From: Squalus acanthias
Lineage: Eukaryota
NCBI GenBank assembly: GCA_030390025.1
Contig: CM059432.1
Coordinates: 63,614,001 to 63,678,000, forward strand
Length of the DNA: 64,000 bases
Direction of reading: 5' to 3'
Each line of letters begins with the position of its first letter. Positions within the stretch are counted from its first letter, which is position 1. This document shows positions 23,867-35,870 of this stretch, one piece after another. Below the pieces are notes generated by a model that saw only the letters and a program-made list of their open reading frames with translations, was not told the origin of the DNA and made no database searches. Made by a program: the position numbers and the translations under genes.

Positions 23867-25633
23867 ATGGAATTCCCAAAAGCTGGTCCAAGCAAAAGGA
23901 AGAGAGTGGTCTTAACTTTAAAACAGAAAATCGAGATATGCCAACGACTAGAAAGGGGAGAGAAGCGTATCAACATTATGAATGAATTCAAAATCGGTTC
24001 GTCAACAATCTACGACATCAAATCGCAGAAGGATAAGCTGCTCAAGTTTTATTCAAGCTCGGAGACATCTAAGAGTGTAGAGAAACGGCGCACGCTTCGT
24101 AAGCCTAAGCTTGAACAGCTGGATACCGTGCTTTATGAATGGTTTTCTCTTAAGCGTTCAGAGGGTGTTCCAATTTCTGGACCCATGCTAATCGAGAAAG
24201 CGAAGGATTTCTACGAAAGGATGGAGCTCACTGACAAGTGTGCTTTCTCCGATGGATGGCTAACGTGCTTCAAGTTACGGCACGGGATACGACGACTCGA
24301 TATTTCCGGTGAGAAGAAATCAGCTGATCACGTCGCTGCAGAACAATACTGCGATTATTTCAATCGGATTGTGCAGCAACATGATTTGTCGCCAGCACAG
24401 ATATATAATGCCGATGAAACTGGCTTGTTTTGGAGGTTTTTGCCAGAATCAACGCTTGCTGGGGCTAGTGAGACTAATGCTTCAGGTTACAAGAAAAATA
24501 AAGATCGTGTAACCGTGCTAACATGTGCGAACGCTGCTGGATCACACCGGGTTAAACTTCTTGTTATCGGGAAGTATAAAAATCCCCGTGCATTTAAAAA
24601 TGTGAGGCACTTACCTGGTGAGTACAAAGCTCAAAAAAATGCTTGGATGGATAAAGAAATCTTCTCCGATTGGCTCCATCATATTTTTGTTCCATCTGTG
24701 AGGGAACATTTCTGTAAAATAGGGAAACCTGAAGATAGCAAATGCATTTTATTGCTTGATAATTGTAGAGCCCATCTGCATGAATCCGAGTTGGTTTCGG
24801 GAAATATTTTCACCATTTATTTGCCACCAAATGTAACTTCTCTCATCCAACCCATGGACCAGGGCGTTATCCAAAATCTGAAGTGTCATTACAAGAAAGA
24901 CTTCCTACGTAAACTGATAAGCCAAGATGACAATATTCAAGCATTTCAGAAGGAATACAATATTAAAGATGCCATCTATAATGTTGCATGTTCCTGGAAC
25001 TTTGTGAAAGGTCACACTCTGAGGCAAGCCTGGCGCAAATTGTGGCCTTCTGTAATGTTTGCTGAAGGTTCGTCTTCAGAGGAGGAATTTCATGGGTTCA
25101 ATGTTCGTCCCAAGAAGAGTACAATAATGGAAATGGCTGACATGGTGAAATATGTAGGCCCAGCAAACCCTCTACGTCACATCAGTGAAAGTGATATCGA
25201 GCAGTGGGTTGATGCAGATAGAGAAGTTGGTGTTGTGCATATGCTAAGTGATGATGAAATAATTGAGAATGTTTTGAATCCAAAGAAAGAAAAGGAAAGT
25301 GAGATGGAAAGTGAAGAGGATGATATTTCTGAAGAGAACAAGATTTCTTGGGCTAAAGCTGCAGAAGGATTTTCTTCAATCCTCAAATTTGCTGAAAGGC
25401 AGACTTGCTACTCTGCCCAAGAAGTTATGCAACTCCATATTCTGCATTCCACGTTTCTACAGAAAAGGCAAGAGTCCACTAAGCAAACCGACATCCGCAA
25501 CATGTTTAAGAAAGCTTCCAAAAGAGTCGAAGCAGCGGAAGTGCCTGAAGAATCTGTGGAATCTGTGGAACTGCATGCTCCTGATGACCCAGCTGGCACG
25601 GATATTTCTGATGAACCAGATGACTCGGAATAA
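23867..25633 (+). CDS. Intact Tigger/pogo transposase, 588 aa (CENP-B/Jerky-like HTH plus DDE_1, DD32D)
   Basis: Uninterrupted ORF from ATG 23867: [71 protein letters not shown] and an acidic C-terminus. Confidence 0.93.
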   Translation: MEFPKAGPSKRKRVVLTLKQKIEICQRLERGEKRINIMNEFKIGSSTIYDIKSQKDKLLKFYSSSETSKSVEKRRTLRKPKLEQLDTVLYEWFSLKRSEGVPISGPMLIEKAKDFYERMELTDKCAFSDGWLTCFKLRHGIRRLDISGEKKSADHVAAEQYCDYFNRIVQQHDLSPAQIYNADETGLFWRFLPESTLAGASETNASGYKKNKDRVTVLTCANAAGSHRVKLLVIGKYKNPRAFKNVRHLPGEYKAQKNAWMDKEIFSDWLHHIFVPSVREHFCKIGKPEDSKCILLLDNCRAHLHESELVSGNIFTIYLPPNVTSLIQPMDQGVIQNLKCHYKKDFLRKLISQDDNIQAFQKEYNIKDAIYNVACSWNFVKGHTLRQAWRKLWPSVMFAEGSSSEEEFHGFNVRPKKSTIMEMADMVKYVGPANPLRHISESDIEQWVDADREVGVVHMLSDDEIIENVLNPKKEKESEMESEEDDISEENKISWAKAAEGFSSILKFAERQTCYSAQEVMQLHILHSTFLQKRQESTKQTDIRNMFKKASKRVEAAEVPEESVESVELHAPDDPAGTDISDEPDDSE

Positions 25634-26891
25634 GTGTACAGTCAACTACAGTACTGTATACAGTCGTTTATAAGTTTTGTTTTACTGTTAAGTAATTAAA
25701 GAGTTATGGATTACCCTCAACTGGCAGTACTGTACTTAATCAAGCATCTTCCACCATCCATTTAACACAACATTCTGTAGGTGAGTACCCAAATACTGTA
25801 TACTGCACATTTCTTGATTTTTTTATTTTTGTTTGTTAAAAATAGCCTCGGTAGATATAACTCTCCGTTATCCGGAACTTTTGATCAACCGGCACCACGC
25901 CGGTCCCGTTGGTGCCGGATACCAAAGAGTTTCCTGTAGATGTAATATCTCCAAGTTTGCAGATGACACAAAGCTGGGTGGGCGTGTGTGTTGTGAGGAT
26001 GATGCAGAGAAACTCCAGTATGATTTGGACAGGTTGGGTGATTGGGCAAATGCATGGCAAATGCAGTATAATGTGGATAAATGCGAGGTTATCCACTTCG
26101 GTGGCAAAAACAGGAAGACAGATTATTATCTGAACGGCAATAGATTGGGAAAAGGGGAAGTGCAACGAGACCTGGGAGTCCTTGTGCACCTGTCGCTGAA
26201 GGTAAGCATGCAGGTGCAGCAGGCGGTTAAGAAGGCAAATGGTATGTTGGCCTTCATAGCGAGAGGATTCGAGTACAGGAGCAAGGATGTCTTGCTGCAG
26301 TTGTACAGGGCCTTGGTGAGACCACACCTTGAGTATTGTGTGCAGTTTTGGTCACCTTATCTGAGGAAGGATGTTCTTGCCATGGAGAGAGTGCAGCGAA
26401 GATTCACAAGACTGATACCTGGGATGGCAAGAATGACGTATGAGGAGAGCTTGGGTCGATTAGGCTTATATTCGCTAGAGTATAGAAGAATGAGAGGGGA
26501 TCTCATTGAAACTTATAAAATTCTAACAGGACTAGACAGACTAGATGCAGGAAGGATGTTCCCGATGGTCAGGGAGTCCAGAACCAGGGGTCACAGTCTA
26601 AGAATAAGGGGTAAGCCATTTAGGACTGAGATGAGGAGGAATTTCTTTACTCAGAGAGTGATGAACCTGTGGAATTCTCTACCACAGAAGGCAGTTGAGG
26701 CCAATTCATTAAATATATTCAAGAAGGAGTTAGATATATTTCTTAAGGCTAAAGGGATCAAGGGATATGGGGAGAAAGCAGGGACAGGGTACTGAATTTG
26801 GATGATCAGCCATGATCTCATTAAATGGCGGAGCAGGCTCGAGGGGCCGAATGGCCTACTCTTGCTCCTATCTTCTAAGTTTCTATGTTTC

Positions 26892-27986
26892 AACCTTCTC
26901 CTCAACCACCTGATGCTGCACAGGACAGAGGGCATCAGCGCAGGGCTGCACCGCACTGGAGGTGATAACCCCAACACAGGGTATACAGGCAGAGGATGAG
27001 CTTCCTCAACATGACTGAGCACCAGGTCGTCACAGACATTTGTAGCTTACTGGAACCAGACCTGCAGCCCAGAGGAGCGGGTGGACACACCTTACCAGTG
27101 GCTGTCAAGGTCACCAGCGCCCTCAACTTCTTCGCCACAGGGATCCGGGGATCTGCAGCAGACATTTGCGGCAGCTCACAGTCGGCCGTCCACAGATGCA
27201 TTACATAGGTCACCGATGCCCTCTTTGACAAGTCAGCCAATGATATCAACTTTGTCACTGATGAAGCCAGTGTTACTGAGTGGGCGCTGGCCTTTGTGGC
27301 TCTGGCTAGCTTCCCATGGGTACAGGGCATCATCGACTGCACACATGTGGCCATCAGGGCACCCCATCATCACCCAGGCGTCTTTGTCAACCGCAAGGGC
27401 TTCCACTCCCTCAATGTGCAGCTCGTCTGCAACCGTAGGAAGATCATCATGCGCAAAATTCCCTGGCAGCTGCCATGACTCTTTCGTCCTTCGTGAATCC
27501 ACCCTCCCTCAGTTCTTCGCTCCTCCAAACAAACTTTCTGACTGGCTACTTGGAGACAAGGGCTATCCACTGAAGACGTGGCTCATGACACCCTTGAGGA
27601 GGCCAAGTACTGAGGCCGAGGAGAGATATAATGAAAGCCACATTTCCACCAGATGTGTTATAGAGCAGACAATAGGTATACTCAAAATGCGCTTCAGATG
27701 CCTTTACGGATCTGGAGGAGCCCTTCAGTATGCACCAGCCAGGGTCTCCAAAATTGTTGTGGTCTGCTGCACCCTGCACAACAAAGCACAGCAGCGAGGA
27801 TTAGCGCTGCATGAGGAGCAAGGCACAGCCTCTTCAGAGGAGGAGGAGGAGGAGCAGGAAGAGCACCAGCTGGAAGACGAGGAGGAGGAGAAGCAGGAGG
27901 AACCTGCGGTCCAGATCCCACCAGCACCCAAGCACATTGCTGCCTGGGAGGCCAGGGATGGCCTCATCACAGCCAGACTTACTTAA
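26892..27986 (+). pseudogene. H2 Harbinger nuclease (stop at 27206, frameshift near 27450)
   Basis: [84 protein letters not shown]. Confidence 0.93.
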
Positions 27987-28276
27987 CTTCCTGCATTGCA
28001 CCCATATGGCTGCCACATGCTGTGCCAGGTTCACACCACCCCACAGCAACACCATAAAGCATCCCTACAATGACCAAGCCATTCCTTTCACACTGCCCAC
28101 CATTGCTGGAGGTACCGTTATGTCTCACCATTCACTCCAACTCACTAAGCCACTTCCAAAGTTGCACACAAATTTGTCCAAAGTGGTGAAAATAAATATT
28201 TTTAGCTGTGACATCACAGTAACGGAAACTTTACACAAACATTTATTAAAACACCCAAGTGGCTACCCTTGTGCAT

Positions 28277-31200
28277 CTACTTGTGTTTCATCTTTCTCTT
28301 ACACATGCTTCTACGAGGTGCTACCCCTATGGCTTCAGCAGAGGTAGAGGCAGCCTGCTCACTTCCCTGCTGCGACTGCTTAGACACTTTTGGCGGATGT
28401 CCTCTGGGTTTTGGAGCCTGTGAGGGCCCCGCCAAAGTCTGCTCCTCCTGCAACTGTGCAGGGGCAGACTCGGCCATCGGGATCCGAGGAGCCAGGAGGG
28501 AGTTGGGGCAACGGGGGAGAAGTGTGAGCACTTTGAGAGGAGCCCTCACTCTCATGTCCCCTCTCACCATCATCCCTCTCATGGGCCACCCACACTTCCC
28601 TGCTAGCAAGGAGCTGGAGAGCACCTTGCTGCACAGCGGTGGGGCATGAGCACCCACGTCTGCATTGAGATCCCACCTAGACAGGAGGTCTATGAGCCTC
28701 TGCCATCTATTCTCTATTGAGACCATGTGCTCCTGTGAGTGGCACATTAGCTGTTCCATGCAGGTGACCATCCTTTCCATAGAAGAGCACACCGTCCCCA
28801 TCACCTGCGACATGGTGGTGCTCATGTTGGAGATGGACTCCTCCATTCCCTGGACATTTGCAGACATCGCAGTCGCACAACCTGTCAAATCTCCTGCACT
28901 TCTTGCTACACCTCCAGGATTGCCCTCTTTCTGGATGGCTCCCGAGGCTCAGCGTCTGCATGCAGCTGAGCATAGAAACATAGAAACATAGAAGATAGGA
29001 GCAAGAGTAGGCCATTCGGCCCCTCGAGCCTGCTCCGCCATTTAATGAGATCATGGCTGATCATCCAAATTCAGTACCCTGTCCCTGCTTTCTCCCCATA
29101 TCCCTTGATCCCTTTAGCCTTAAGAAATATATCTAATTCCTTCTTGAATATATTTAATGAATTGGCCTCAACTGCCTTCTGTGGTAGAGAATTCCACAGG
29201 TTCACCACTCTCTGGGTGAAGAAATTCCTCCTCATCTCAGTCCTAAATGGCTTACCCCTTATCCTTAGACTGTGACCTCTGGTTCTGGACTCCCCCGCCA
29301 TCGGGAACATCCTTCCTGCATCTACTCTGTCTAGTCCTGTTAGAATTTTATAAGTTTCAATGAGATCCCCTCTCATTCTTCTAAACTCTAGCGAATACAA
29401 GCCCAATCGTCCCAATCTCTCTTCATACGTCATTCCTGCCATCCCAGGTATCAGTCCGGCGAATCTTCGCTGCACTCCCTCCATGGCAAGAACATCCTTC
29501 CTCAGATAAGGTGACCAAACCTGCTCACAATACTCAAGGTGTGGTCTCACCAAGGCCCTGTACAACTGCAGCAAGACATCTTTGCTCCTGTACTCGAATC
29601 CTCTCGCTATGAAGGCCAACATACCATTTGCCTTCTTAACCGCCTGCTGCACCTGCATGCTTACCTTCAAGGACTGGTGCACAAGGACTCCCAGGTCTCA
29701 TTGCACTTCCCCTTTTCCCAATCTATTGCTGTTCAGATAATAATCTGCCTTCCTGTTTTTGCCACCAAAGTGGATAACCTCACATTTATCCACATTATAC
29801 TGTATCTGCCATGCATCTGCCCAATCACCCAACTTGTCCAAATCATACTGGAGTTTCTCTGCATCCTCCTCACAACACACACGCCCACCCAGCTTTGTGT
29901 CGTCTGCAAACTTGGAGATATTACATCTAGTTCCCTCGTCTCGATCATTAATATATTGTGAATAACTGGGGTCCTAGCACCGATCCCTGCGGTACCCCAC
30001 TAGTCACTGCCTGCCACTCGGAAAAAGACCCGTTTATTCCAACTCTTTGCTTCCTGTCTGCCAACCAGTTCTCTATCCAAGTCAGTACCTTACCCCCAAT
30101 CCCATTTGCTTTAACTTTGCACGCTAATCTCTTATGCGGGACCTTATCGAAAGCCTTCTGAAAGTCCAAATACACCACATCCACTGGTTCTCCCTTATCT
30201 ATTCTACCAGTTACATCCTCAAAAAATTCCAGTAGATTAGTCAAGCATGATTTACCTTTTGTAAATCCATGTTGACTTTGTCCAATCCTGTCACTGTTTT
30301 CCAAGTGCTCTGCTATTACATCTTTTATAATGGACTCTAGCATTTTCCCCACTACCGATGTCAGGCTTACCGGTCTGTAATTCCCCGTTTTCTCTCTCCC
30401 ACCTTTTTTAAATAGTGGGGTTACATTAGCTATCCTCCAATCCATGGGAACTGTTCCAGAGTCTATAGAATTTTGGAAGATGACCAGCAATGCATCTACT
30501 ATTTCTAGGGCCACTTCCTTAAGTACCCTAGGATGTAGATTATCAGGCCCTGGGGATTTATCGGCCTTCAATCCCGTCAATTTCCCTAACACCATTTCCC
30601 TACAAATACAGCAGAGCTGGGAGCATCAAGCGCCCTCCGGCGAGGAGTCTCCATCTGCTGTCCCTGTCTCCACCATCTGCTCTTGCTCACTTGTAATTGT
30701 GAGACACCAGGTGACAACACTACTCTATCTCGTGTGGCACCCACCAAGGTGTGCGTCTCTGCGCTGGTGCTGGGTGCACTTAGGTCTGGTGACAGTGCAC
30801 CCTCAGAGGCTGGGAGCTCCTCTGAGAAGTCGTCTTCCTCTTCCTCCTGGACAGTTGGGGGTGGGGGGGGCTCTTGATGGACCTGTGGGTAGTAAAGAGA
30901 TGAGTTAGATATATTATATCAAGATGGGTACAGATACCATTATGCGCATGGTGAACATTCACTGGCTGCTGACATCAGTCCCCATATGAGTGACTGCTGT
31001 ATGCCATGTGGCTTTATGAGATGTAATTCTGTTATCAGATTGCTGAGATGTCCCCCTCTCTCCGTCTTCCACCTCCAGCTGCTCTGTGACTCCTGACACT
31101 TCCAGGGTAACCTCCTCTGCAGATGTTAAGGTGGCCAATGATGGAAGCCCACCTCCGGTTCTCTCCCTCTCCCTCTTATTGTGGGCTCTCCTCTCCTGCA

Positions 31201-31765
31201 AGGAGGGAAAGAAGAGAAGGTTGAGTGAAAGTGATGGAATGAGTGTAAGGAATGGATGGGTTACATCTTAGAGGGTGACTATGATGGAGTGGGGTGGCCT
31301 CCTTGTGTTTTGTTAGTTGGTATGATTGCATTAGGATGAGGGTGAGTGTGAGTGGTGGCTAATAAGATGGGGATGTGATAATGTAGATAGAGAGAGAGGG
31401 ATGGGTGGACATGCAAGGTATGTTGGTGTGAGTAATGATGTGCAGGAGTAGGCTTGGGAAGGCAGAGTGACGGGGATGTGATGAGAGGCACAGCAGGATG
31501 AAGTTGAGTGTGGCTTTGCACTCACCTTTCCTGATCTAATGAGATCATTGAAACGTTTGCGGCACTGCACCCAGGTTCTCCCCACAACATCCCTGCTGTT
31601 GACCTCCTCTGCTATTTGGAGCCAGGCTCCTTTGGTCTGCTGAAGAGGTCTCTTCCGCCCATCAGAAGGGAAGAGGACCTCCCTGCATGCTCTCACTCCC
31701 TCCACAAGCATCTAGAGGGAGTCATCGGAGAAACTGGGTGCAGCCCTCTGCACCTGTGCAGTCAT
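28277..31765 (-). pseudogene. H2 Myb/SANT DNA-binding ORF2, three exons (31765-31526; ~31196-31040; ~30882-30609 plus 28970-28277)
   Basis: PSFSDDSL..LVE...W.QIAEEVN...RTWVQCRKRFNDL, GTGAGT donor, ERRAHNKRERERTGGG exon, and basic C-terminus PRRSMCKRKMKHK. Confidence 0.85.
28971..30608 (-). mobile_element. Young 5'-truncated CR1 (HER1-like) LINE, very similar to 22797-26891
   Basis: RT ORFs 29948-30595 and 29071-29682, (CATAGAAA)n tail. Harbinger exon 3 is continuous across it. Confidence 0.95.
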
Positions 31766-32098
31766 GTTTGCCACTCTTTGCAACACTCCAATTGTGCAGT
31801 GCAGTGCCTGCACTATCCTAGATGAACCTTCAAATGCTCCTTTAAATATCCCGGCTGCCATTAATGGAAAGTCGATCTCAGGAGTGGGATGGAATGAAGA
31901 ACGAGGTCGTGACCCACCACGGACACTGCCTTCACACGACCCGCCCAGGTACAGAAAATTCCGGCCTCTGTTTTCTGTCCGTTAACCAATCCTCAGTCCA
32001 TGCTAATATATTACTCCCAATCCCATGAGTCCTAATTTTGTGTAATAACCTCTTGTGTGGCACCTTATTGAATGCTGTATGAAAATCTAAATACACTG

Positions 32099-32270
32099 GT
32101 TATAAATTCGTTGTGAATGTTAGCTCGAAATGTGCAAGAGCTCGTTAAACTCCACGGCCGATGTTCAGCTCCATTGACTTCAATGGAACTGAATATTAAG
32201 CAGGGCGTACAACAGGTGGCAAATTCGATACTGCCCGTTTAGCGCCACCGCCCATGACGAATTTCCTACG
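32099..32270. mobile_element. Small Harbinger-type MITE
   Basis: Interrupts CR1. Ends are AAATTCGT / ACGAATTT, with a central palindrome CCATTGACTTCAATGG. Confidence 0.6.
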
Positions 32271-32361
32271 CTGCTAGTTACAACCTCAAAAAACTCTAAC
32301 AGATTTGTCAAACACGAGTTTCCTTTCATAAATCTGTGTTGACTCTGCCCGATCATATTAT

Positions 32362-33135
32362 GGGCCTGGATTTTGCAGTGGGAAATGACGGCGAACTGTC
32401 AGCGTTCGCCGTCATTACCCCTCTGAACCTGACAGTAACTTCAGAATGTAGCGCATGCGCATCTAAACACAGAAATCATAAGGTTGCGGTCAATCATTCA
32501 CTGCTTCAACACAGGCTGCGCTGTGGATGCCCCCCCACACCCCCACCCCCATAGCCAGCAATCAGTGAAATCAGTGAAACTGATGAAAACTTGAGCTTTT
32601 CCACTCTAATATCACTGTTAAAAACCCCATTAAATGTTAAGGGTTGTTGGAATAGGTGTAACTGGGGTTTTAATAGTGCATTGACTGCTAAGCAACTGTT
32701 CTGGCCCTGAAAAACTAATTTTTATATTTGTGGACTGTCAAATTTCTCCATTATGATAAAAATTACAATTTTTAAAACATATATACAATATATATTTTTT
32801 AAAGTTTGTTCATGATATTTCAGCTTCTATCTTAACCCCATGTGTATGTCCCAATCTTTATTTCGCTAGCTGTAACATTTTGAGACAATGCAGTTTATCA
32901 TAACTTTTCATTTCCTGGTTTGCTGTCAGTGAGAAATCTTCAATGTGATTGGCTGCTTAGACAATTTGATGACATCACTGCTGCACTATACTCGGAATCC
33001 CCCCTATTCACAGCGCCACAATCTATTACACGCCAAGAAACTTACATTTTTCACCACAGAGATATCTGTGGGCAGCTTTCCTCAAGGACAGTGGTGATCG
33101 CCATTGCATCGACGCTGACCGTAAATTACAGGCCC
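32362..33135. mobile_element. Harbinger-type MITE, 774 bp
   Basis: TIRs GGGCCTGGATTTTGC / GTAAATTACAGGCCC. Cleanly interrupts CR1 sequence, with an AT-rich core. Confidence 0.8.
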
Positions 33136-33220
33136 ATGATTTTCTAAGTGCCCTGTTACCACATCCCTAATAATAGATTCTAGCATTGTCCCTACTACTG
33201 ATGTCAGGCTAACTAGCCTA

Positions 33221-33714
33221 CAGCGTATGTACGGAACTGTCATAAGTATGAATGGGGATGACTTAAAAAATACACAAAATAAATAAAAAAAAACATTACA
33301 TATATAAAATTAATTAAAATGGCATTTAATTAAATATTTTAAACAAAAATTTTATTTTTGGAATTTTTTTTTAATATGTTTCAACGGGGCTAAAAATAAA
33401 CTTATCTTATTGGACAGGGTTTTTAATGTATAAGTGAGTGATAAAATTTTATTTTTCTATTTTTTAAAACTGTTATGCTGGTAAAAGCAGGCCTTACGCC
33501 TTTCAGCGGGCAGAAATTGGGCAAATAGCGCAACTCTCCACCTGCGGAGGCCCATCTCCTGGGGATGAGGAGGATCTGTCAAGTAGATTCTTGACAGATC
33601 GCAAGTGCCGGGTTTTAGCTCATGCGCTTCACATGCCTAAACCCGGCACTTGCGTGGCCCCTACGGGCACGTACGCACCTCGTATGCACCCGTAGGGGTT
33701 GCAAAATACGGCCC
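33221..33714. mobile_element. Partial Harbinger-type MITE (right half)
   Basis: AT-rich core followed by a GC-rich subterminal region ending GCAAAATACGGCCC. Confidence 0.55.
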
Positions 33715-34358
33715 ATTATCTTTTAAGGATTCAGTTGATTAGAAATATCATGGAGAATCAGGAAATGGTAGAATTCCAGTGTTAGACTTTGGCCTAAGTT
33801 ATAAGATCGAGGTCATGTGGATTATCTTAAGTGCACTTTGACCAACATACAGCTTCCTAAATCTTACTGCCTGCTGTACTACATTAGTTAATTGGAACTA
33901 TGGATTTAATGCAAATTTATGGGTTATGTACAAGTGAGTGATTAGAATGTAAATGAAAGAGGAAGTTGATGCACAGTGCTATTCTGCTGCATTGGCATTG
34001 GGATCCTTAATGAGATCACTTTTGGACACTAGTTCATTGACTAAGTGCACTGGAGTCATTAGCATGGTGAACACGGCGACAATGCTATATTCATTTTCAC
34101 TTGACAAGTTTATTTTAAATTGGTGATACTATGATCATGTATCTTGGCAGATAAATAATAGACAACATTTACAGTGAAACAGATGAATGGTGTGAAGTGG
34201 TGAACAATTGTGCAGTTTTATATTGCTCGATAAGATTGCATTTTATTTTTTAAGATTGTAATGTTGGAAGCCACTCATGCTAATGAATGATAAGCTCTTA
34301 GCTGAACCTTCTAAATTGCTACTGCGGCTCTATCAGCCCTCTCAGTGATTTAAAAATG

Positions 34359-34447
34359 AGAAGTCGCACAACACCAGGACTATAACCTGGTGTTGTGCGA
34401 CTTCTCATTTTTGTCCACCCCAGTCCAACGCCGGCATCTCCACATCA
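34359..34447 (+). mobile_element. Very short Penelope family-1 terminus with inverted 5' piece
   Basis: Same sequence as 18110-18315. TSD TGATTTAAAAATG (34346-34358, 34448-34460). Confidence 0.85.
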
Positions 34448-34472
34448 TGATTTAAAAATGTAATAGTAAAAC

Positions 34473-35250
34473 ATTTGCGCCACACAAGTTGCAGGCAATG
34501 ACTATCTCCAACAAGCGAGAGTCTAACCACTGCCCCTTGACATTCAACGGCATTACCTTCATCGAATCCCCCACTCTCAACATCCTGGGGGTCACCATTG
34601 ACCAGAAACTTAACTGGATCAGCCACATAAATACTGTGGTAACAAGAGCAGGTCAGAGGCTAGGTATTCTGTGGCGAGTGTCTCACCTCTTGACTCCCCA
34701 AAGCCTTTCCACCATCTACAAGGCACAAGTCTGGAGTGTGATGGAATACTCTTCACTTGCCTGGATGAATACAGCTCCAACAACACTCAAGAAGCTCGAC
34801 ACCATCCAGGACAAAGCAGCCCGATTGATTGGCACCCCATCCACCACCTTAAACATCCACTCCCTCCACCACCGGCGTACCGTGGCTGCAGTGTGTAACA
34901 TCTACAAGATGCACTGCAGCAACTCGCCAAGGCTTCTTCAACAGCGCCTCCAAAACCTGCGACCTCTACCACCTAGAAGGACAAGGGCAGCAGACGCATG
35001 GGAACACCATCACCTCCAAGTTCCCCTCCAAGTCACACACCATCCTGACTTGGAAGTATATCACCGTTCCTTCATTGTTGCTGGGTCAAAATCCTGGAAC
35101 TCCCTCCCTAACAGCACTGTGGGAGTACTTTCACCACACGGACTGCAGCAGTTCAAGAAGGCGACTCACCATCACCTTCTCAATGGCAACTAGGGCTGGG
35201 CAATAAATGCTGGCCTTGCCAGTGACTCCCACATCCCATGACTGAATAGT
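34473..35250 (+). mobile_element. LINE family B, copy 3 (3' ~780 bp)
   Basis: ORF 34489-35193 is homologous to the C-terminal parts of copies 1 and 2, with the same tail. Confidence 0.92.
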
Positions 35251-35469
35251 ACAAAATAAATAATGCAACAGTTTTGAATCGGTGGTTGCTGAGATGGTGT
35301 TTTTGGATTACTAACCAATAGAACAAATTGGAATATGTTTTCCTCGGTATGTAAAATTAAATAAATTATTTTTACTGAACTATTATTGGTTTGTAGGCCT
35401 TTACTTTTCTCCTTTAGAAATAATTGTTAAATGTCATATATTTCTATTTGTATCACCTGTCCATCAAAT

Positions 35470-35870
35470 TGATGTTTTCCCTTGAGTATAGAAGATTAAG
35501 GGGTGAGCTAATTGAGGTGTTTAGGATGATTAAAGGAGTTGATAGGTTAGATAGAGAGAAACTATTTCCTCTGGTGACGGAGTACAGAACAAGGGGGCAT
35601 AATCTTAAAATTAGAGCTAGGCCGTTCAGAGGTGATGTCTGAAAGCACTTTTTCAGGGTGGTGGAAGTCTGGGACTCTCTCACTCAAAAAGCTGTTGAGG
35701 CTAGGTCAATTGAAAATTTTAAACCTGAGATTGATATATTTTTGTTAGGTCAGGCTATTAAGGGTTACGGAACCAAGGCAGGTAAATGGAGTTGAGATAC
35801 AGATCAGCCATAATCTAGTTGAATGGCTAAATAGCCTCGAGGGGCTGAATGGCCTACTCCTGTTCTTATG
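35470..35870 (+). mobile_element. CR1 3' fragment
   Basis: FSLEYRRLRGELIEVF...RTRGHNLKI, with tail GGGCTGAATGGCCTACTCCTG. Confidence 0.88.

Larger units (their letters stand above)
23241..25936 (+). mobile_element. Tigger/pogo (Tc1-mariner superfamily) DNA transposon, 2696 bp
   Basis: TA TSD (23239-40, 25937-38). 26-bp TIRs CAGGAAACTCTT-N6-CCGGCACC with 4 mismatches. Central transposase ORF. Confidence 0.96.
22797..26891 (+). mobile_element. Young 5'-truncated CR1 (HER1-like) LINE interrupted by a Tigger transposon
   Basis: RT reads [18 protein letters not shown] when 23241-25938 is removed and stays open to the stop at 26795. 3' tail TTCTATGTTTC. Confidence 0.95.
26892..31966. mobile_element. 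PIF/Harbinger element H2 (left end missing; CR1 inserted in ORF2)
   Basis: Convergent nuclease (+) and Myb gene (-). Right TIR ...GAAAATTCCGGCC abuts an older CR1. Confidence 0.9.
31967..33220 (-). mobile_element. Older CR1 RT fragment interrupted by two MITEs
   Basis: Pieces align with 52080-52415 (TTTTCTGTCCGTTAACCAATCC...AAAAACTCTAACAGATTTGTC...CTACTGATGTCAGGCTAACT). Confidence 0.85.

Noticed and set aside
23867..25633. Domesticated host gene (JRK/JRKL/TIGD/CENP-B)
   Set aside because: It is flanked by TIRs and a TA TSD and inserted within a young CR1, so it is a transposon copy.
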